NCBI RefSeq assembly: GCF_963921235.1
Contig: NC_086108.1
Coordinates: 28,212,001-28,276,000, forward strand
From: Mobula hypostoma
Taxonomy: Eukaryota
Direction of reading: 5' to 3'
DNA: 64,000 nt
The notes beneath the pieces are model-generated. The model made no database searches. It was not told the origin of the DNA and was given only the letters and a program-made list of their open reading frames with translations. A program made the position numbers and the translations under genes. Below, one piece after another: positions 11,385 through 23,424 of the stretch. The stretch's first letter is position 1. Every line of letters begins with the position of its first letter.

Positions 11385-12929
11385 CCAGTAAGATGTAAAG
11401 CGATAATGGGTGATCTTAATTTTCCCAATATTGACGGAGCTGCCTTAGTGTAATTGGCCTAAATGGGATAAAATTTGTTAAATTCATCTTGGAAAGGTTT
11501 CTAATACGCTAAGTAAAGGGTCCTGCTAGGGAGAGCTGTACTTGACCTTACTTTAAAGAATGAGTTCTAAGTGTCTGTTGGGGAACTATATGCAGCAGTG
11601 ACCACTGTTTGGTAAGCTTTAAGGTAGACATGGAAATCGATAAGACAGGTTTCAAGAGTTAAGGTCTTAACTTGAGGAAGGCCAGAGTTCAAAAGCATAA
11701 ATCAGTACCTGGTGAAAATAAATTGGGAGCGGCTGGTAGAGGGGAAAATAGCATCTGATGAACAGTAGGCATTTAAAAGTGAAATAGTAAGAGTTTAGTG
11801 TCAGCATATTTCTGTAAGGGTAAGAAGCAAAAATGGTAACATTATAGAACATTTGGTTAAGAAAGTAATTTGTGGATTTGATGAGGAAAAAGAGGAATTG
11901 CATGTCAGGCATAGGAAACAGTTATTAAATAATTTCTTTAGGTCTGTAGAGAATATAGGCAAGATCTTAAAGGAAAATGTATCTATTTATGTTCATTTAT
12001 TTATTGACATAGACCATGGAATAGGCCCTTCGAGCTGCACTGCCCAGCAACCCCAATTTAACTCTAGCCCTGTCATATTTTTGCATCAACTTTAGCCATG
12101 AGTTAAGTACTACAAGAATGGAGGGTGGCTTCTGTTGTTCCCATATTCAAGAAGGATTGTAAGGATAAGGCAAGAAACTACATGTTGATGAGTCTTACAT
12201 CAATAATAGGGAAACTATCATAAAAAAAGATCTTCATGATGGGATTTGAAAGGTAGGGATTGAGTAGGGGGAGGCAGCATGATTTTGTTCATCAGAAATC
12301 CTGCCTCACAAATCTGAGACTCTTTTTGAGGAGGTTACTCATTAAACTGATGAAGGCAAAGTTGTAGATGTGGTTTACATAGACTTCAGCAAGTCTTTTG
12401 ATAAGGTCCCAAAAGTTTAGCATGTTGGATCTAAGGTGTTTTGGCAAGCCAGATCCAAAATTGGCTTGGTGATAGGAGGCAGAGGGTAGTGGTGAGAGTT
12501 GTTTTTCTGACTGGAAGTCTGTAATCATAACGTATCATGGGAATTGGTGCTGGGAACTTTGTTGCTTTTCATACTAGTTAGTAATATATCTGACAATGTC
12601 TGTGGTCTGATAAGTAAGTTTTCAGATTATGTGAAGATCAGTGAAGTTGAAGATAGTGAAAATGGTTGTTTAAGGATACAAGGGAAAATAGATTGGCTAA
12701 AAAGTTGGACTAAGTGATGGTACTGATTCAAAATAGCACTGGGAATGTTTTGAAGGCAGCTCACAAAACTACTGGATATACACTTTCTGAACCAATATCA
12801 TGTAAACTCCAGCCTGTAATTTCCCTTTATAAACTCACTTTTGTACCATCCAAACACATTGGAATTTTACTATCTTCTGAAGGACTTGGCGAACTTGACT
12901 CTCAGGCATGCGGGTATAGCATTTGGAAG

Positions 12930-14026
12930 TGGATGGATGTCCGCCAAAGAAAGCAAGGCTAGCAGGGCAGATTCCAAGCCAGACTGAAGTGATGAGGAAC
13001 ATGACCAGGCTCCCCAGTATCCTACTAGCCAATATACAGTCACTGCAGAGCAAGATAGAGGACCTAAGTGCAAGATTGCTGTATTGGAGGGGAAATGAAG
13101 AATAGCCACATATTTTTGTTTGAGTCATGGTTCGACTCCCACAATCCAGGTTCGGCGCTGCAGACCTAAGGGTCCTCAATCCACCGGATGGATTGGGCGA
13201 TAGCATCAGGAAAGGGTAGTGGTTGCAGCATCAACTTCATGTTAAACCCATCGTGGTGCTTGCATGTAGCCATCTTGCCTCACCCTTGTTCTCCCAATCT
13301 AATGATTAAGTGCTAACCATTCTAATTTCTGGGAGAGTTCTCCACCATGATCATGACTGCGGTTTATGTACCACCAATGGCTGATGTCAAGCAAGCACAC
13401 GTTGTACAGTATTGTGTGCCATGGTTAACAAGCAACAAATGGCCTACCCTGATGCCTTTCACATCCTTGCCAGGAACTTCAATCAGGATAGCTTGAAACA
13501 ATCTCTCCTCAACTACATCAGCACATCACTTGCAGCACCAGAGAACCCAACACGCTCGGCCACTACTGAGCTTACATCAACAACGCCTACCATGCCACTC
13601 CTCAACCACATGTCAGGAAATTTTATTGTCAGGCTATCCTCCTCCTTGCTGCATATAGGCACAGCGTAAAGAAGAAGATGCCAGAGGTAAGGACAAGGAG
13701 GTGTTCATGGGGAAGAGGAATGGCTACAGGATTCAAATCGGTGGACTGGGCCACATTCAACGACTCATCAGAGGACCTGAATGATTACGACATGGTTGTC
13801 ATGGAATTTATAAAGATATATGTCCAGAGTGAATCCCCACAAAATTATTCAGAGTCTTCCCCAATCAGAAACTGTGGATGTACCAAGAGATTGACAATCT
13901 GCTGAGGGCTGGAATACTGGTGTTCAGGACCGATGACTCAGGAAAACACAAGAGGTCCAGGTATGACCTCCAGAAAGCCTTCCAACATGTCATCACCTCT
14001 TACAAAGCAAAACCAAGCAACATAAA
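12930..14026 (+). mobile_element. Rex1/Babar-like LINE, endonuclease part (continues at 17400-18190)
   Basis: RLPSILLANIQSLQSKIEDLSARL and YPDAFHILARNFNQ, typical of the Rex1 ORF N-terminal half. Confidence 0.75.
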
Positions 14027-17000
14027 TTCAAGTATGTCAAGTTTATTGTCATTGAATACATATATACATATATATATACTGTAATGTATATAGAAACGTT
14101 TCTTCAAACCAGGATATAAAGTACATAACACACAAAACACACGATAACTTATAGAAACATAGAAACATAGAAAATAGGTGCAGGAGTAGGCCATTCGGCC
14201 CTTCGAGCCTGCACCGCCATTTATTATGATCATGGCTGATCATCCAACTCAGAACCCCGCCCCAGCCTTCCCTCCATACCCCCTGACCCCTGTAGCCACA
14301 AGGGCCATATCTAACTCCCTCTTAAATATAGCCAATGAACTGGCCTCAACTGTTTCCTGTGGCAGAGAATTCCACAGATTCACCACTCTCTGTGTGAAGA
14401 AGTTTTTCCTAATCTCGGTCCTAAAAGGCTTCCCCTCTATCCTCAAACTGTGACCCCTCGTTTTGGACTTACCCAACATCGGGAACAATCTTCCTGCATC
14501 TAGCCTGTCCAATCCCTTTAGGATCTTATACGTTTCAATCAGATCCCCCCTCAGTCTTCTAAATTCCAACGAGTACAAGCTCAGTTCATCCAGTCTTTCT
14601 TCATATGAAAGTCCTGCCATCCCAGGAATCAATCTGGTGAACCTTCTTTGTACTCCCTCTATGGCAAAGATGTCTTTCCTCAGATTAGGGGACCAAAACT
14701 GCACACAATACTCCAGGTGTGGTCTCACCAAGGCCTTGTACAACTGCAGTAGTACCTCCCTGCTCCTGTACTCGAAGGTAAGGATAAAAATTACAGAGGA
14801 ATCACACGTAAATAACAAGCTAAAGTACATTAATATTAAATATTGTAAGGTATGGAACAGATTAAACAGTGACACTTCAAATACAATGCAGCAGGGAGTT
14901 CAGGAGCCTAATGGCCCAGGGGAAGAAACTATTTTTCATCCTAACCATTCTTGTTTTTATATATCATAGTCCCCTGCCTGATGGTAAAAAGTCAAAAAGG
15001 GTGTTGGATGGATGGGTGGGATCCTGAATAATACTAAGGGCCCAGTGTACACAGTGTTCCTGATAACTGTCCCCGATGTTTGGCATAGGGAGCCCCTGTG
15101 ATCCTCTCCGCTGTTGTCACAGTCCTTTGTAGGGACTTTGGGTCTGATGCTTGACTGCTCCCATACCAGATGGAGAAGTAACTTGACAGAATCCTCTCAA
15201 TGGTGCTCCTGTAAAACACAGTTACGATGGAGGGTGGGAGCTTTGCTTGCCTCAATCTTCTTTAGAAGCGTAGAAGCTGCTGTGCCTTCTTGATCCGGGA
15301 GGTGATATTAAGGGACCAGGTGAGGTCATCGATGATGTGAACTCCCAGGAACAGTGCAATTAATTCTACAGAGGAGCCATGTATTTGCAAAGAGGGATGG
15401 TTTGTCTGCACCTTCCTAAAGTCCCCAGTGATTTCCTTTGTCATCTCTACCTGAAGGTTTAGGTTGATCTCATACCAATCCACCAGCGGCCCCTCTTCCT
15501 CTCTGTACTCCGTCTCATCATCGTTCTTGATAAGGCCAACCACTATTTTGTCATCCGCAAACTTGATGACAGTTTGTGCTGGATCCTGAGACTGTCATGT
15601 GTCAACAGTGTAAACAGCAGTGGGCAGAGCACACAGCCTAGGCTAGCGCCTGTGCTCAGTGTAATGGGACTAGAGACGTTGTTGACCATGTGGGTTGACT
15701 GTGGCATTACTGTTAAGAAGTCCAATATCCAACTAGAAGGGAGGTGTGGAGATCCAGTGAGGGCAATTTCCTCACCCATTCCTGGGGTATGATGGTGTTG
15801 AACGCCAAACTGAAGCCTATAAGCAGCATGCTGGCATACGAGAGCCCATCTTCTGAGTGGGACAGACAGGGTGGATGGTGAGGCTATTGTATCATCAGTG
15901 GATCAACTTGAGCGATAAGCAAACTGGAAGATTTCTAGTGTAGCCGGGAAAAAGGCTTTAATGTGCTCCATGACCAACCACTCAAAGCATTTCATAATGG
16001 TTGATGTTAAATATGTCTGTCAGCACCTCTGAAAACCCAACCTGCTATATTATCAGGCCCCGTATTGTTTGCTCCCCTGGAGGGAGGGTTGCCTTCTTGG
16101 CCATCACTGTGTTCTGCGCATCAAGCTGGGTGTAGAAGACATTCAGCCTGTCAGGGAGTGAAGCATCCTGCCACTGATGCGCAGGGTAGACTTGTAGTCT
16201 GTAATCCTCTGAATTCCCTGCCACATGCGCTCGTGTCTCTGCTATCGCAGAAGTGGTTGTAAATTCTCTCATTTGCCTTCTTGATGGAGCAAGAAAGCAC
16301 AGTTCTCGCTTCCCTGAGAGCTGTCACATCTCCCAATTTAAAAGCAGCATCACGATCCCTCAGCCCGGCACAGACCTCTGCAGTAAGCCCCGGCTTCTGA
16401 TTTGCCCTCAGCCGGATGTGTTTCATGACGGTAACATCAGCAGTACACTTGTCATGTAGCTGGTCACAGAATCCACATATTCCTCGTTGTTAACATGGTT
16501 GCCATAGGCAGCAGCCTCCCTGAATATTCTCCAGTTCGTATTTTCAAAGCAGTCCCGCAGTGCAGAAATTGCAACCTCGGGCCAGATTTTCACCACCTTT
16601 AGAAGTGGTTTGACCCGTTTAATCACTGGTTTGTATGCTGGATTTAATGTTCCGGATTCACGATCCGGGAGTCCAATGTAGGGTCGATGGCTGCACCTGC
16701 TATGTTAGTGTAACCAGGTTTAGTGTACACTTACCTCTGTTCACATGGCTAAAATCATCTGCGATAATGAAGATACATCGGGGTGCTTGGTTTGAAAGTC
16801 ACTGCCTCGTCAGCATTAACGGGGTGGGGGGGCCGGTGGGGGAATATATACAGCTACCAACACAATTGTAGTTAACTCCCTCGGTGTGTAAAACGGCCTG
16901 CACTTCACAAAAATAAACTCAATCATCGGTGAGCAATGGGACGGCTCTGCTAAAACATCCGTACGCCAGTTCTTATTCATGTAAATACAGATACCGCCAC

Positions 17001-17330
17001 CACGGGTCTTGACTGAGATCGCAAGATTCCTTTCAGCCTGAAATCTGCTGAAACTCTCCTGCTGGATGGCTGCGTCCGGATGGATTCATAAAGTCATGAT
17101 TCCATGAGAATGAGTGCCCAAATATTTTCCTCTCGCTGGTTCAGTCTCGGGCGCAGGTAGTCCAGTTTATTTTCAAGTGAGCGGACGTTTGCCAGTAAGA
17201 CTGAGGGGAGAGCGGGCCTAAAGGGCTTCGACCTAAGTCGTTCAAAGACGCCATGATGTTTTTCCCCCTTTTTGTTTCCTTGCGCACCTCTTCCTATGGC
17301 GTTCCTCATGGAGGTCTGAAGCAGCCAATG
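14027..17330 (-). mobile_element. Rex1/Babar-like LINE, near full ORF span, decayed
   Basis: RPALPSVLLANVRSLENKLDYL, STGASLGCVLCPLLFTLLTHD, VGLIKNDDETEYREE, FYRSTIERILS; 3' tail with AATAAA near 14030-14050. Confidence 0.85.
14151..14775 (-). mobile_element. Young 5'-truncated CR1 LINE nested in the Rex1 3'UTR
   Basis: Uninterrupted RT C-terminus EYRSREVLLQLYKALVRPHLEYCVQFWSP...FFTQRVVNLWNSLP and an 8-bp (TTTCTATG)n tail. Confidence 0.92.
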
Positions 17331-17659
17331 GTGTCCTCAATAAACCCAAATTGCGGAGCACCTCTGTAGCCCAACGGTTATAATCCCATTAAGGTTTCAG
17401 TCCCAGATGAGTTCAATGCCATTTATGTTTGCTTTGGCAGAACATAGGGGTACCTTAACGTTCACAGCCCCTGACGACACTATGATTTCAGTCTTTAAGG
17501 GCAACCTGAAAACATCCTCTGCAAAAGTGAATCCACAGAAGTATGGCCCAGTGAGCCTACTTCATTCATTACCGAAGACCAGTGCTAGTCAACCGGCTAG
17601 AGTGTTGAAAGACAGCTTCAACCTCCTGCTTTGGCTTTCTGAGGTACCTACCTACTTCA

Positions 17660-17886
17660 AACAACACACGTCAAAGTTGCTGGTGAACGCAGCAGGCCAG
17701 GCAGCATCTCTAGGAAGAGGTACAGTCGACGTTTCAGGCCGAGACCTCTCGTTAGTCCTGACGAAGGGTCTCGGCCTGAAACGTCGACTGTACCTCTTCC
17801 TAGAGATGCTGCCTGGCCTGCTGCGTTCACCAGCAACTTTGATGTGTGTTGCTTGAATTTCCAGCATCTGCAGAATGCCTGTTGGT
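17660..17886 (+). mobile_element. Penelope-derived fold-back insertion
   Basis: Near-perfect inverted arms of about 85 bp; 15-bp TSD TACCTACCTACTTCA at 17645-17659 and 17887-17901. Confidence 0.85.
17753..17790 (+). ncRNA. Minimal type I hammerhead ribozyme motif
   Basis: TAGTC CTGACGA AGGGTCTCGGCCT GAAACGTC GACTG, identical to 6923-6960. Confidence 0.7.
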
Positions 17887-18209
17887 TACCTACCTACTTC
17901 ATGCAGGTTTCAATCATATCAAATCAGTGACCAAAAAGAACATGACAGCCTGCCTAATGACTGTCATCCAGTAGCACTTACATCCATTATGATGAAATTG
18001 GTTGTTTGTCAGTCTTTGTTTATGTATAGCTTTCATAAATTCTGTTGTATTTCTTTATTTTCCTGAAAAAGAAAATAAAGAAATACAACAGAATTCATGA
18101 AATCTGCATAATAGCTTTCTTGCCTGCAAGTAAATGAACCTTAAGTTCATATATGGTGATGTATACGCAGTTGATAATAAATTTACTCTGACTGTTATTT
18201 TGGATTCAT

Positions 18210-18660
18210 AGCAAATCAGATTTAATCCAAACAAGTGGAAGATAATGCATTTTGGGTTATTCAGTGCTGGCGGGACATACATGGTAGATAGCAGAGACCT
18301 TATTTGCATTGATTTTATCCCCAGGGACCTTGGGGTACATTCATATCTCCCTGAAAACAGTAACACAGGTGGATAGGCTCATGAAGAACGTATTGACTTC
18401 GCTTCCCTTCATAGACAGCGATGTTGAGTGTAAAAATTGGGATGTCACATTGCACCAGTAGGAGACACTGGTTAGACCCCACTGGAATACTCCGTGCGGT
18501 TCTAGTTGTCAGACCATGGGAAGGATGTGGCAGCGCTACAAAGTGTGCCGGAGAGATTCACAAGGAACTTTGCCCAAAAAGGAGGGCTTTACTTGCAAGT
18601 AGAGTTTGGATAGCTGGGGTCTCTCTCACTGGACCAGAAGAGGCTGAAAGTCTGTTACCT
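18210..18660 (+). mobile_element. Decayed CR1 RT C-terminal fragment
   Basis: gacactggttagaccccactggaatactccgtgcggttct (LVRPH.EY.V.F motif). Confidence 0.55.
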
Positions 18661-18677
18661 CATTTTTAAAGACATAA

Positions 18678-19270
18678 CTTCAAGTTCAAGTTTACTTGTC
18701 ATTCAGTCATTCGTATGAATACAGCCAAACGAAACAGTGTTCCTCCATGGCCAACGTGCAAAGCACAGTCCCAACAGTCACGCATAGCACACGGTACATA
18801 TAATTCCCATAGAAGAGAAACAGAGTCACAACAAAATATTATAGCCCAAGTACCTGAGTGTCATGGCCTGAAGATTGATGGTGTAAGGGACATTGTCTTG
18901 TGTCCTGGAGCCATGTTTCTGCAAGAACAAGAGCGCAGCAATTTCTCATCACACACTAGTGCAGCTGCGGATGAACGCAATCCAGCTTGTCTTCCACCCA
19001 GCAGCACTGACGGGAGGGTCTAGCTGCCCACCCAGTGCGGACAGCAGCAGTGCCTTTGCTGGCTCCCACACCATCTCCGACATCTCCTTCCCTGGACTGC
19101 TGCAGCATGGCCACCACACAGCACCCCCCCGCCCCCACCATCGATCTCGCCAATGACAGAATGAACCCCACTTGCAGTACTTTACCAACATCCACCAGGG
19201 TCTTGCGTTAACAAGAAAAGTGTCCAAGACAATCATTTACGCCATTTGTTGGACCGTGTTCGGCCTCTGA
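18678..19270 (-). mobile_element. Internally deleted Rex1-like derivative (5' ORF start joined to 3' tail)
   Basis: Tail ttcaagttcaagtttacttgtcattc lies within about 300 bp of an EDKLD-type ORF-start remnant. Confidence 0.45.
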
Positions 19271-20641
19271 GGCATTGTAATAGACTGCAACAGGGTACAC
19301 AACAAGTCCAGCTCCATCACTATTCAGCAGCTTTCTAGTGGAGTAGACCTGCAGTACTTGATGTACTTAATATCCATCACTACCTTGTGATCAGAAAAAA
19401 AGCATAGAGGATGGACAACTGCACCTTTTGTTTGGACCCAAATAGGCCGCTGCAACTCAGCATAAGAGGGGGCAAATTTAAAGGAGATTGGAGGGGCAAT
19501 TTTTTTCCACAAAGATTGTGGTAGACTTATGGAACATAGGAGTTGGTAGAGGCAGGTACAATTTAAACAAGCATTTGGACAGGTAATGGAATAAAAAAGG
19601 AATAGAGAAATATGGGCCAAATGCAGGAAAATGGAGTAACCAAGACAGGTATCTCAGTCAGCATGGGTGTTTGGCTGAAGGGCCGGTTTCTGTGCTCTAC
19701 AGCTCCAAAACAGGCATAGAGACCTCAACCTCCATCATTTAACAATTCAGAATAGAGAGGTGGTGTTTCTGCCTTATTGAGAAGTGGGGCAGTTTAAGCA
19801 AAGCAGTCTTGGCAGGTCTTCTCGCAGCAGCAGGAGTGGAAAATTCATTTATAAATTAGCATGATTTCCTTGATAAATTCAGGACCTGCTGGCACTGTCA
19901 AGAGTGAAAGATGGAGGCAGACAGCTTGGGAGCCGTGATCCAAATGCCTACTGTCATTCATCAAGTTCCAAATTCCGATTTATAATCAGCCACTTGAAAT
20001 ACAGACTTGGGTAGTAATCTGTGAATCGTCGACTTACTCCGCGGGCTCTGAACTCTGACAGCAATTATTAAGTCAGTCACTGGGTTCTCTCCTGCGTCAG
20101 TAACCTGTAATTATCCTTGATGATATCTTGGTGATGTTCAATGGGTTAAGAACTCTAATGATGACAAGAATACTGATCTCTTACGAAGTGAAGGGTGAAA
20201 TTGTACTGTCTGTGCTGAAGTAGGATACTTTTCCCTAGTTCTGTGGCTCACACTCGGTCAACCATGGTCAGAAAATGCTGCTGTTGAATCATCGATCAGT
20301 ACCTATGGTGTATTATTTAACAGCCATTTCCAGTGCAGATTTGCATGGATTATTTTAAACTTCATGGCACTAAAGCAACACTCGGGATGAATGAGATACC
20401 AACAAGTCATGCTTAGCAAGACATACGCACCCAAATTTGCTTGAATATTTTTACTGAGAGATCCATCTCATACTCTTCCAGAGGCCTCCAGTATTATTGA
20501 ACCCATTTTTGACATCAAGAAGCAGCTGAATGCACTCTATATAGTAAATGGAAGATGGCATTGACAACATCTTGGCTGATATTAATGTGCCAAACCAGAC
20601 CAAACTTCAATGCTGGATCTGCCCAACCAGGTGAAAAATTA

Positions 20642-20841
20642 CTGGTGAACGCAGCAGGCCAGGCAGCATCTCTAGGAAGAGGTGCAGTCGACGTTTCAGG
20701 CAAGACCCTTCGTCAGGACAAAGGGTCTCAGCTTGAAACGTCGACTGCACCTCTTCCTAGAGATGCTGCCTGGCCTGCTGCGTTCACCAGCAACTTTTAT
20801 GTGTGTTGCTTGAATTTCCAGCATCTGCAGAGTTCCTGTTG
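20642..20841 (+). mobile_element. Penelope-derived fold-back insertion
   Basis: Inverted arms; 14-bp TSD CAGGTGAAAAATTA at 20628-20641 and 20842-20855. Confidence 0.85.
20685..20719 (-). ncRNA. Hammerhead ribozyme motif on the inverted arm
   Basis: Reverse complement reads GTC CTGACGA AGGGTCTTGCCT GAAACGTC GACTG. Confidence 0.6.
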
Positions 20842-22244
20842 CAGGTGAAAAATTAGCTTGATATTCTTGACCTCAGAAAACATGGCAAATAAAGTCTGGC
20901 CAAATATTGACACAAGTCTACCTTCAATCAAGAATGTGGAAGGTAATTGATAATGCTTGTCCTGACTTTCTGTTCTTGATGCTCAATTTGGGTTTTACCA
21001 GAACCTAGAGCTTCAGACGTCTTCATTGTCTTTGTCCGAACAGACTAAACAGTTTAAGTTCCAGAGATGAGGCGAGACTGATTGGCCACAATGTTGAAGC
21101 TGCATTTGACTGACTGTGACATTAATGAAACCTAGAGAAGTTCACTGAAGTCTGACGGAAGGTTTACCATTGATTGAAGTCAAGCTTAGCATAAAAGAAG
21201 ATGATTGTCCTTTTCTGATGGCCTTTTCAGCGTCATGACATTAATATAGGAGCTTCTCGGTGTTGATTATCTTTTACTGCTTCATCAATGATTTTCCTTC
21301 CATTGTGACATTAGACATTGACAATTTTGTTAAAGATGACACAATGCTCACGTACACAATGGCAGTATCTGCTTTAGATCGATAAGCAGCAAACAATGGA
21401 GGCAGGCAAAGATCAGCTCAAATAACTGAGCGTTTAACTTCTTTCTCCATGTCATCTGAGGACACCAGTTGAAACTGAACCAGACAAACTACATTTTGTA
21501 CCTTGGTGGGTAGATGTTGTGTATCTTGTGGTAAATGATTTATCACTTGTCTTGTCAGAGCCTTTCCATCTTCCACAAGTTCCAGAAGTGCGCTGGAATG
21601 CTGCCACCCGGACGAGTACAGTTCCAGTGGCACTGGAGCAGCAGAATCCTTTCAGATTCTATGTTCGTTTCATTGCAGAAAGACTTCAGACAGCCCAGAG
21701 TCACTGCTGCTTTCCGTGTGGAGTTTCCATGCTCTCCACGTGACCCCAGACGGGCTTCGGTTTCCTCTCACATCCCAAAAATGCAGGGGTTAGTAAGCGA
21801 GTTGACTATTGCAAATTGCCAGCAATGTGACTGATGACTGATAGAATCTGCCGCTGAATTGATGGGAAAGTAGAGAAAAGAAAATCGATTGGCGAATGAT
21901 TAGTGTAAAAAATAGGACCTTGATATTTGAAACAGAATTGGTTGGCCAAAGGGTCTGTTTCTTGCTGAACCTCTCTACCATTCTGACAAAGCAGCCACCT
22001 CATTTGGCTTCTAATGCTGCACTGTGTATTACCTGCAAGCAGGACTGTACTTAAGCCATGAAGAAATTGGCCAAACTAATTAACACATATGAGGCATGTC
22101 AATGTTCATGATATGACTGAACTATTAAGAAACTAAGATTTACTTTTACCTCCTTATAAGATGCATTACTTCATCCTACTATTGTTTCTATCACAGCACA
22201 TCCATAATAAGAATACCACTTTACATACTGTCGAGGGAGCCGAC

Positions 22245-23150
22245 TTACCGGTGGGGTGGGGGGAGTACACTACTACAATAATTGAGGGGCTTTCTCCCCC
22301 AACCTGGCCACTCTCCCTCTAGTAGGAGAACCCTACACTGTGATCCTTTCTTAGAGAGCCCATGCAGTGGCTGCGTCAGCTTCAGTGAGTTACTCATCAC
22401 GTACTTTTGCAGCCTGTGCCAGTTGGCAGCATCCCTCCATGGGCATCGCAAGGTGCTGGCAGACCAATAGTTTTTAGGCTGACCAAGGGGTGTCTTTCAC
22501 CGAGCTGATGATCTACCAGCAGCACTTACTGTTTGTCTCCATTTGCATCCCCAGGAACAGCCCATAGATTAGAGAGTCTTCTGTCACACAACTGCTCGGG
22601 ATGAGGTGCAACATAGGGCCTTGCATCCTTCTAAACACCCTCTTCACAAACCCACAGTCCGCAAAGAGGTGACCTACTATCTGTAGCCCACTACAGTCAT
22701 CCTGTGGGCAGTGCACTATGGGAGTGATCTGACTGGGAGGATCCCTCTCTCCGCCTGCCAGGTCAGGTCTTGTTGTCTGGCGGTGAGGCCTAGCAATGAG
22801 GCATTCGGCCAGATGGTCTGGATAGTCTGCTCAGGAAACCACCCCACTGTGTCCATTGAGTCCTTTTCCGGCAGTGTCTGCGGGACGTTCCATGCTGACC
22901 ACTGCCTGATGGCCTTGTAGTGAAAGTACTGGTCTGTACAAACTTCTCAGTGAAAGATAGGCAGTGCAGCACTGGAATGTTGCACAGCAGTGGGGCTAGA
23001 CCCATCCTTCCCCACCCCGGAGACAGGTAGAACTTTGGCGATAGTGGTACTTGGTGCCACACACAGACTGACGCAGCCTCACAAAAAGGTGGTCATCAGT
23101 GGGAGGCCGAGATTGTATGTGCTTCCTCCCCCATTGTCAGGGTTGGAGAA
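22245..23150 (-). mobile_element. L1-clade (Tx1-like) LINE ORF2 C-terminal fragment
   Basis: Zinc-knuckle CPQDDC...HLFADC followed by VTEDSLIYGLF...CCW. Confidence 0.6.
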
Positions 23151-23424
23151 TCAAAATGTGGGAATCCCAAGCTGAATCTCAAAGGGTTCTATCCTCTTCC
23201 CTTAAAGTCATTAGAGTTTGGTTTCCAACTCCCTTTTAACTCATGTAAAAAATAATTAAGCATGTATGGGTGTTAATTAAATTAGCATCCAGTAATCCAG
23301 AAAACACGTTAGTTCAGCGCCACCAGAGTCCCGAGGGTGCTGTGATATCCATGGTGTGATTTTCCTAGTCCTCATTGGTGGATTTGCAGGAAAGTTCTGA
23401 CTGGTGTTCCTTGCCCCCCCCCAG

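Larger units (their letters stand above)
8960..12715 (+). mobile_element. Old CR1 LINE fragments interrupted by the LTR element
   Basis: ataatgggtgatcttaattttcccaatattgac (MGD.NFPNID) resumes right after the TSD; RT motif gatgtggtttacatagacttcagcaagtcttttgataaggtccc (DVVYIDFSKSFDKVP) near 12370. Confidence 0.7.
17400..18190 (+). mobile_element. Continuation of the + strand Rex1-like LINE
   Basis: ccagatgagttcaatgcc (PDE.NA), NDCHPVALTSIMMK, and a 3' tail ending gataataaatttact. Confidence 0.65.

Noticed and set aside
14249..14875. 208-aa host gene
   Set aside because: CR1 RT C-terminus fused by chance to flanking sequence
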